From Macrostomum lignano (taxonomy: Eukaryota), in NCBI GenBank assembly GCA_002269645.1, contig NIVC01002676.1, positions 1 to 64,000 of the forward strand: a stretch of 64,000 nt of DNA. The letters are read 5' to 3'. Position numbers and translations under genes: made by a program. A model generated the notes under the pieces. That model had not been told where the DNA came from. It ran no database searches and saw only the letters and a program-made list of their open reading frames with translations. Below are positions 36,460-64,000 of the stretch, one piece after another. Numbering within the stretch: the first letter of the stretch is position 1; the number at the start of each line of letters is the position of its first letter.

Positions 36460-38281
36460 ATGACCGCGCACCGTGTGGACGGCCATTGTGTTACGCTTGG
36501 TCTTGGTTCCCGACGTCTGAGCGGTATAGGCCGCGCGACCAGTATATATACATGTAGTTTGTAAGGAATTACTTAATGCTCAAAAAAATGCAAAAGCAGA
36601 AGCTCAAAATTGTTTCTTGATGGATTTACTCATCATACCTCCTTGACAGAGAGATTACATGGTCGTAAATTTATTGAAAGGTTTAGAAATTTTCCAAATC
36701 CCGTCGTATTGAGCAAATTAAATAACAAATTAAGGCAATCGCATGCTTTTAAAGATACGCAAGTGCTCAAACTAGTGAATATCTGAACGTAGAAATTCGA
36801 GACCTTAATTATTTTATTAATTATTTTTTTAATTTAAGAATGTAGGGATTCGCTCAGCAATACGCATTGAACACAAGGATCACAACTGTATAGTAGTATA
36901 CTAATAGTATACCAGTGTTCTTGAGTGTACACCCGACAAGAGCTCGATCTACAAACGCATTTTTGCTAGATTGTAGCAGTCAGTCTTGCACCACTTCGCA
37001 TGCTTGTGTTCCAGCTGACTCTGCTTTGAATGAGCCATAAAAAATAAGACCGACAGATCATGACAGACAGAAGTAAGTTAAGATTTAGTATATTGTGTGA
37101 TGATGATTGATTCAGCTAGAGACACTACACATAAAACACGTAAAATGCGTACTTTGCCCGCGTCTATCCACGTAAATTCTAAAGTACGTAGAAAGCATTG
37201 CAGGACCAGCTCGCGGAGACGTCTATAGCCACTCCGATTCTTCACCCACCCCCTTATTTCTATACAATCAGCCAATTGGGTTGCCATTGGTTACGAGATG
37301 GAGAAGAGCACTTGACAGAAAATAAAATAATGGCTTCTGACTGCAGCGGAAAGGGGAGACAAGAAGAATACTTGAAAACTCTTGTGGGCTTGCTACATTA
37401 AGCACTCTTCATCGATCGGTTACACGACAGAACAAATAAAGTAATTTCTCTGCAACCATTAGCGCGGATACAAGTAGAATACAACCGAAAGTGAATGAGC
37501 ATGAGTCACTCATACTCAGCCAGGTCAGTAACTTTCTCTGTTGTGAATTTTCTCCCAACCATATACGGACTTAGCTAGGCACTCCAAGGAAATATCGCTC
37601 ACTCTGACGTCCTTTTGCGTTTCACTGTGACGGGTCCTTTGGTGTCTCACCCTGGCGTCTTTTGCATGGTGCCTCCCCCCCTGGCGTCCTTTGGTGTCTC
37701 ACCCTGGTGTCCCTTGGTGTCTCATCCTGACGTCTTTTGGTGTCTCACCCTGGCGTCCTTTGGTTTTTCACCTGTTTCACTCCTTTGGTATCTGCCTTTT
37801 TCTTCTGAACGTGTTGTCAGTCTGCTCAGAAATGAAACTGAGCAATCATGCAAACAAGAGTCGATCTAGCAAAACCAACGAATTTGAGCCGGCTGAACTG
37901 AACAAAGCAGCATTCTGCACTTTCATATTCCACGGCCGCAGGTTCGGCCACCTCAGTGTTACGTCAGCCACCGCCGGATGCGAGAATCCGAGCTACAGTC
38001 GGCAGAGCTGGCCAGCCAGGAGCCCACAGGAGGCGGCCGGTCCGCGTCTGAGAGCCGAGCAAACCGAGCACTCCAGTAGATATCAACGTCCAATTGTTAG
38101 CAACTCAATCAGCGAGTTTACCATCAATCCGAATCCGGACTTTAGCCGACTTGGCCGGGTCAGCGGCGCGGACAGACTGTCCGAAAACGAGCTGACTGAG
38201 TACGGGACGCGCTATCAGTGGCCGGACAGTCGAAGGCTGCCGCCGACTCCGTGGACCACGGCCGGCCGGGACTCCGCCTGA
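36460..38281 (+). CDS. Putative small two-exon gene (about 146 aa), unknown product
   Basis: Exon 36460-36560 (TT|gtaagg, phase 2) joins in phase to ggccgcag|G 37942-38281. Exon 2 is GC-rich and contains LTEYGTRYQWPD. An X-box-like GTTGCTAGGGAAT lies at 36011. No recognised family. Confidence 0.35.
37625..37770. repeat. ~21-22-bp tandem repeat
   Basis: Unit approximately ggtgtctcaccctggcgtcctt. Confidence 0.75.
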
Positions 38282-39409
38282 CGTTTCTTAGAAGTTGAAA
38301 ACCCCTAGAAAAACTGGATGAGTGAAGAGACTTCATCATTTTTAGAACTGAGAACTTAAACTCTATACAGAATTTCCTTACCAAACAAAATCTCATCTTT
38401 TTTAGGTTCTTTGATAAGCCCAGATCTGCCTACATCGCTTTAAGAGCATTAAGTGAGCAAACAAAAGTCATTGGAATCCTTTCCGAATACCTAAAAGACT
38501 ACTTGGGCTGCTCAATGTATAAACCTTGAGTAACTACACGTACACACTTTGTGACACAAAATCTTTGTTTTACTGTTCTACAGACTGTTACATTTCAATC
38601 TCAGTTTTTTATTGCTTTTATAGCATAGCAGAAACACTATATTGAAGCTGTCTAGGAATTTCGGAGAGACACATAATTGTTTTTACAACGGACTTGCAGA
38701 TGCTGAAAAGCGATGGGTGTGTGTCTGCGGAGTTTGACAGAGATGGGAGGAAGGCGAGAGATAGCTAGGGTAGTTGTGGATGGCTTTACAAGCTGAGCTA
38801 TGCTGTCTACAGCATGAGCTTCGGCCCATTTAGTGATAGTTGCAATATACTGCATGAGCGCCCGCATAAGCGCAGGCTGGCGCAGAGAATAGACAGGGAG
38901 AGTTCAAGAGACATATTTGCAGATACGATGTCACCACTGGCTCTTTCAGCATTAAAAACAAATATCTTGAGTGCCCGCGAGAGGGAGAGAGGGAGAGAGT
39001 AGGCCAGAGCGGGGTCGGTTGCGACGGTGGCTCAGCCTCTGCCCCCACCCTGCCTCGCTTCAGTCCCAGTCCAGCCTGTCTCCATTGCAAGAATCGGGAG
39101 CTTATTCAAACTGTCTCTCCTCCCCACTCCGCCGGCCTGGTTGCTGGGGACAAAGAAAGTGCAGACTAGTCAACTGTGTACAATGACAGAGAAATGCGAG
39201 AGGCAGGGGGAGGCTGGTAGAGATGAGGCCAGCCCCTCCCCAGCGGCTCTGGGCAGAGGTTGGACGATGGAGTCGGGCCTAGCGACGGCATCTTTTTAAA
39301 CAGAGCAGAACGCGCGTCAGGTGCAAGACGCTAAAAGCAGAAGCAAGGTCTTTTTAATCAGACAGTAGCCGCTGCAACCGTTCATTCGAGACCATAAGCA
39401 GCCGCAGCG

Positions 39410-41990
39410 ATGCCTGGCAGCCATCGGAGCCGCTCTAAGTCCCCTGGCGGTCACAGCCACCGCAGCAAGAAGTCGCATTCCAAGTCGAAGTCAAAGTCAA
39501 GCAGCAGCAGCAGAAGCAGAAGCCACAGCCCGAAGAGTCACAAGAGCAGCCGGAGCAGCTCCCGGTCGGGCTTCGGCAGCAAGCGGCAGCCGATTGTGCT
39601 TGCCTATGCTCGGCCCGAAAAGCCGGTCGGCGGCGTCGGCAGGGGCCGCGGACGAGGCCGCGGTCGCGGTGGTGGCGGTGGCGGCTTTGCCGATAAGAAA
39701 ACACCCGGGCCGCCGGGCCAGTTGAAGAAGTCGAAGAGCCATGGCAGTCGGAGCAGCAGCCGCAGCAGCAGCCGAGACGGCAAGAAGAAGAAGAAGGGAG
39801 ACGGCGATTCGGACAAGAAGTCAGAAAAGGACCAAAAGAAGAAGAAAGGCGAGAAAAAGGGTCGAAGTGGAGCCGCCGGCGGACAGAAGAAGGACAAAAA
39901 GGACGAAGAGAAGGATGAGAAGAAGAAGAAGAAGGGCGGCTCGCGATCCCGATCCGGGTCCAAATCAAGCCGCAGCAGCAGCAGCAGCAGCTCCAGCTCC
40001 AGCTCTTCGTCCAGCGATGAAGAGAGTGAGTATGCTAGCGCTCTAGCATAAAGACCAAGCTTGGATCAGATTTCAATGTTTTTTCATTTTTCTTAGTCTG
40101 TAATAAAAACCGTTACATATATTACCCACAGACACAATCTACAAGGCCGAGCTTAAAGAACTTAAAGTTGACCTGAAGGAGCTGCACGAAAAGGCGAAAC
40201 AGCAGCAGAGCAATAGACGCGGCGACAAGCATCAAAAGGACAAAGGAAAACAAGGCAAAGACGACAAGCATCAAAAAGATGACAAGCACCGGCAAGATGG
40301 CAAGCATCGCAAAGGTGGCGGCGAACGCTCCGAAAGGAGTTCGCACCGCCCTAATGTATCTAACGACCTAGGACCGTATGCCAACACGCAGACAGTAGAG
40401 TTCCTGATGAAAAAGGTAATATTAAACTTCTTAAAACCTCTTAACGTCAACAACTAAAGTCACCCCTGCATTGGTTCTAAGAAGAAAAGCATCTGACCCT
40501 TAAAAAAATTTCCTGAGCTGCGACCCAGAGAAGCCCTTAGAACCTAAACGCACTAGCCTTTGTCTCCCGCAGGACAAGAGCCGCAAGTACTACCCGGCAA
40601 CAAAGTTCACAGCCACGTCGCTCATCGATCCGTGGGACGAAATGGCGGACAAAAAGCCAAGCAAGCGTGTTAAGAAGCCCAAGCAGTACGCTGTTGATGA
40701 TACTTGGCTGTGTGCTTTGTTTATTTTCACGAAATTTTGTGCTTCATCAACTCTAAATCATTTTGATCTTCATTTCTCGTCTGAAAATTTCAGCAAACGC
40801 GACGGCAAATCGAAGGACAAGAAATCCTCCTCTTCTTCATCATCATCCTCTGACGAAGAGGACAAGAAGGAAGACAAGAAAGAAGAAAAGAAAGAAGAAA
40901 AAGAGGAACAGAAAGAGGAAAAGAAAGAAGACAAAGACGACAAGAAGGACAAGGACGAAAAGAAGGATGGCGGCGACGGCTCTCGAAGGACGCCCAGACA
41001 TATACCAATCTTGGAGTTCGACACCACGACGGAGTACTGGCGCGGGCCCGTGCCCTTCACGGAGTTGCCAAAGATCAGGTGAGAGAGGCCCTGGCAAAAA
41101 ACCGTTGCCCCGGGTAGAGAGGAGAATGGGATCGGCACAAAGGAATCAGCAGGAAGTCAGGGATGAGGGCGGGTCAGGCGGTGCGCGACCGGGCATTGTT
41201 GCTGAGTCCGGAAGAGTCAAGCTATTCAAGGCGCCTTCAATGCTTACCTTTTAACGCGTGAGCTTATTTTCGTAGGCCGAGAGCTAAGCAAAGGATGCGC
41301 TAGGGTCGCAGATTCATTCTCTGGCAATGGATCCTCTGTGTTTAGGACTAGTAATGTAGCTCATAATGTATCTATTTCAGTATTGAAGAAATATGAAACA
41401 CTAAAAATCCTCCAACCGAACACTGAGGAGCTAGCTATTTTGCTTAAACAACTTCGTTGACCTCAACATTCAGAGCCCAGATCCGCGAAGAGTACATGGC
41501 CAACGGCTCGAAGAAGACCGAGGCCGACTACACCAGAACCAAGGAGGACTTCCACAACCTCGAGCTGGACCGCATGGAGGAGGTGAAAAAGTCGTCTAGA
41601 CGCAATCTGACAAAGACCTACAACGCCTACTTGACCAACACACCAGGCTCCAAGAAGGCCTTAGACGAGTGCCTGAAGGAGGTCAAGACCCGATTGGGCG
41701 ACGATTGGGAATCTTCCAGCGACGAGGAGGGCCGCAGAACCGTCCGCGAGCAGGCCAAGAAGAACATGGAGTCGGAGAAGCGCAAGCAGCGCAGCGGCCG
41801 TCGCTCCCGGTCCAATAGTCCGCACGGAGGCGGCAGGGGCCGGGGACGCGGCCACCAACGCGACGGTAGCGCGGACAGTCACGGCAGTCGCGGCGGCAGC
41901 GGCAGAGGTCGTGGTCGCGGTCGCCGATCGAGGTCTAACACGCCGCCAGGACACGGCGGCTCCAGGAAGGGCAGCCCAGCCCGAGCCTGA
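39410..41990 (+). CDS. Unidentified Ser/Lys/Arg-rich, highly charged protein (about 604 aa, 5 exons)
   Basis: Exons 39410-40025, 40132-40415, 40573-40685, 40794-41078 and 41474-41990 are all GT-AG and phase-consistent (1815 nt). Low-complexity RS/K/RG tracts alternate with ordered segments (KYYPATKFTATSLIDPWDEM; ILEFDTTTEYWRGPVPF; HNLELDRMEEVKKSSRRNLTKTYNAYLTNTPGSKKAL). Confidence 0.8.
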
Positions 41991-42778
41991 GGGACTTCGG
42001 AGATGTATAACGAATGCCCAACCAAACGTGTTTCACTGAACGAATTGCACGCTTTGACTTGTCTTTAACGGTTGAAAGGTTTTGAATCCATTGAAAAATA
42101 AGAAAAATATTATGTTAGCTAACCGGTCCGTCGACAATTTAGACGTTGGGCACATATTTTTGATTACTTCTTTCAAAACTGTTTTCAATGCTTTTGCTGT
42201 GAACTGAGACTTACCTCTTTTCCGCGAAACGCTACTCGATTTCTCTGCTCAAAAAGAGGCTTTAGCTAAAGTGATCCATAGTTCAGTCTCTGCCGCTTTG
42301 AATGCCAACATTTCAGTTTTTCGATTTAATTACTTCTTCAAACTATTAGAAATTCGTTTTGAGTAGATGTATCTAGCCAGAAAATAGCTTTGGGGATCTG
42401 TAGAGGCAGAAATTATTTCTTAAACGTGTTACAACGTACAGTGATAAGTATATATTTGTAAACATAAAAATATATATTTATATTTTTTTTCAATAATCTT
42501 TTGTAACCTTTTTTCACTGGTTATAACACGATATTTTTCACAGCACGTTTTTGAATTGAATACAGACAAAAAGCGTATACAGCTACTAACAGGAGCACAT
42601 AACGAAGTAGTATATATAAACGACAAACATTGGCCACGATAGGGAAAACATGGACGAGACGGGGCATTTCACAGACAACTCTAATGCTGACAAACGCACA
42701 GTAGGGTTATATAGTTATGCACTTTTGAAACTCAGATTTACACTTTAGCTACCCAATCTTGCACCCTAGCAACCAGGG

Positions 42779-62015
<19,237 letters not shown>

Positions 62016-62911
62016 TTATATCAAGCTCAGGAAGGAAGAGGAGCAAAGCTTTCTGCACCGATGGATTATCGAATTCGGGTCGCATGACTGCAATTCTTCG
62101 TGTTGCTGCCCAGCCGAGTCCCCATCATTTTAGCTCGCAACATATAATCATCTACATGTATTCGTCCGGCTGATAAAATGGTATTGCTGACATCAACCTG
62201 TAGCTCGTTGTAGCTGATTTACGAGCCACGATCGTGCAAAAACTTAAAATATTTGACTCTAATAATAACCGTTACTTCGCACGTAGCCATCTCTCCCGTG
62301 AACTATCGGCCAACTCTGTTTGTATCCGGTGTTGAAGGCAAGCTGACAGATTTTTAGACCTCAATGTAATTTCTGTCATTAAAACTACATCAGGCTCTCC
62401 TTTGTCTATTGAACCTTCTGCAATTAAGGAAATGGTTTATCATACAGCAATTCGAAGTTCCCGACGTTATACGCAAAGACCACTGTAGTCCTTGGTCATA
62501 CGCCGGCTAAACATCGGTGCAATGTAAAAGCAAATATTTGTTGGCGATGTCTTAATTGCTGTACAGGTTTACTGCTAGTTAGTCCTTTTTGCTTTTGATC
62601 CGATGTTGATGTGACTTATGTAGCAGGAAAATTCGTCATTTATTCGAGCCTAAACGGTATATAAGAAACATTTTTTACGGTAAAAAAAGGCAATAGAAAC
62701 GTGTGTTCGGGCAGGTTCTAATATGGGTTTCAACAACAAACGTACGTTGTATGAAATGGTGCCAATACTACTGTGTACTGTATTTATGCAGTTTAGATAA
62801 AACTGCAGCTGTCACGATCGAATAATTTATTGAAGGATTCATTCGTCACCTTCTTTTATCGAATTCGAATTGGCGCATGGGTTGATAAAAATTGCTTTTT
62901 TAGTCTAAAGC

Positions 62912-63231
62912 ATTAATAATAATATAATAATAATTGACTACACCCGGCCCAATTGGGCCAGATGTGCAAACGAAAGCTCCGCCGCAGCTATTGCGCGGCG
63001 CATCTGAAGGCTACGTACGGCTGTTCAGTCCAAGGACTGGCATGGGGGTCACCACCCACACCCTCAATTACCCCAGCTAAAGCTGGCACCCATTTTACAG
63101 CTGGGTGAACTGAAGCAATGCAGAGTTAGTTGTCTTGCTCGAGGACACAAATTGTTCCAGTGGGATCGGGAATCGAACCCCCGACCTTCAAGTCGTGAGT
63201 CCAACGCTCTGACCACTAGGCTACAACCCCC
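62912..63231 (-). mobile_element. Full-length tRNA-derived CORE-like SINE
   Basis: Minus strand: GGGGTTGTAGCCTAGTGG (A box) ... GGTTCGATTCC (B box, 63169-63179), then a MIR-core-like tgtgtcctcgagcaag..ttcacccagctgtaaaatggg, and an (ATT)n tail. A second copy is at 48806. Confidence 0.85.
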
Positions 63232-64000
63232 TTAGGTTAGTGCATATAGTCTACAAAAAGTCTTATTTAAAGAAGCTTAATTACAAAGTTAAAGAAATCT
63301 GTGTAGTTTCTGCTGGATGTCATTCTTCGGTTTTTTCGATCTAAACATGGATTGTATATATTTATTAGACTGCCGGTTTCAAAGCAGATAAAAATTTTTG
63401 TAGGAGCTGTTTGTCGTACATGATGTGACGAAGAAATATATCCAAGTGTCCATTAGTTGAATTCATTTTGGCGAAATATTTGTATCGGGATGCGACACTC
63501 GAATACACAGCAAAATTATTTGAAGGCCCGCGTCGCTTGTTTATGTTTATTCTAGCGATGCTTGCCCTCAAAAAGCATTCTATTCGACTGGTTGTATTGT
63601 ATATTTTTTAAAACTTTAACCTGTTACATGTAACACTACATATTTAAAATGTTTATGTCATAACGTACGCAGCTTTTATTTTCTGACTGCCAGAAACATT
63701 GCGTATGTAGCCAAATACTCTTACTGTACGCCTGCCGTTTCTACATGTGCATGGATGTATAGATATACATAATTAGGATAAACTTTGCGTCATAATAAAG
63801 AGAAAAAATGTTTCAAACAAGCTTTGGCGAAAAATATCATTTTAAGTTTTATTGATCAAGAGTTATGAGAATTCAAATTTGAGCCGCAATGCAAAAAGCG
63901 GGCCTTCTACAAATAATTTTGAAATATTTACGAGTGTTGCGCCCCGATACAACGGTAACTTCTAGTGGGTCCTCGTTTGTACTTAGCTAACTTTAACAAT

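Noticed and set aside
63155-63231. Functional tRNA gene
   Set aside because: The anticodon and acceptor stems pair poorly, and the sequence continues into a SINE body shared with a second copy.

Overview
Intron-rich animal genomic DNA, not prokaryotic. The GC-rich exons and minisatellite-packed introns resemble the flatworm Macrostomum; this species call is inference only. By walking GT-AG junctions and checking phase I reconstructed eight multi-exon genes: (-) a ZNFX1-like RNA helicase/NF-X1 zinc-finger protein ending in two PARP-type ADP-ribosyltransferase domains (three frameshifts in its last exon); (-) CK2 alpha; (+) CCDC113; a co-oriented (-) trio DCAF13 > ELAC1-like RNase Z > EXOSC3; (+) an unidentified Ser/Lys/Arg-rich gene; and (-) an 18-exon NWD2-like NACHT-WD40 gene ending in a CAAX box. 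A ninth, small (+) gene is tentative. The rest is tandem repeats, decayed Penelope and Harbinger elements, two tRNA-headed SINE copies and inverted-repeat elements. The strongest candidate for an undescribed system is the ZNFX1-(PARP)2 fusion. Next are a candidate trans-spliced RNA-processing operon, whose RNase Z lacks an in-frame ATG and its tRNA-binding arm, and minisatellites built from splice-site sequence. No database searches were run; all homology calls come from recognised motifs.
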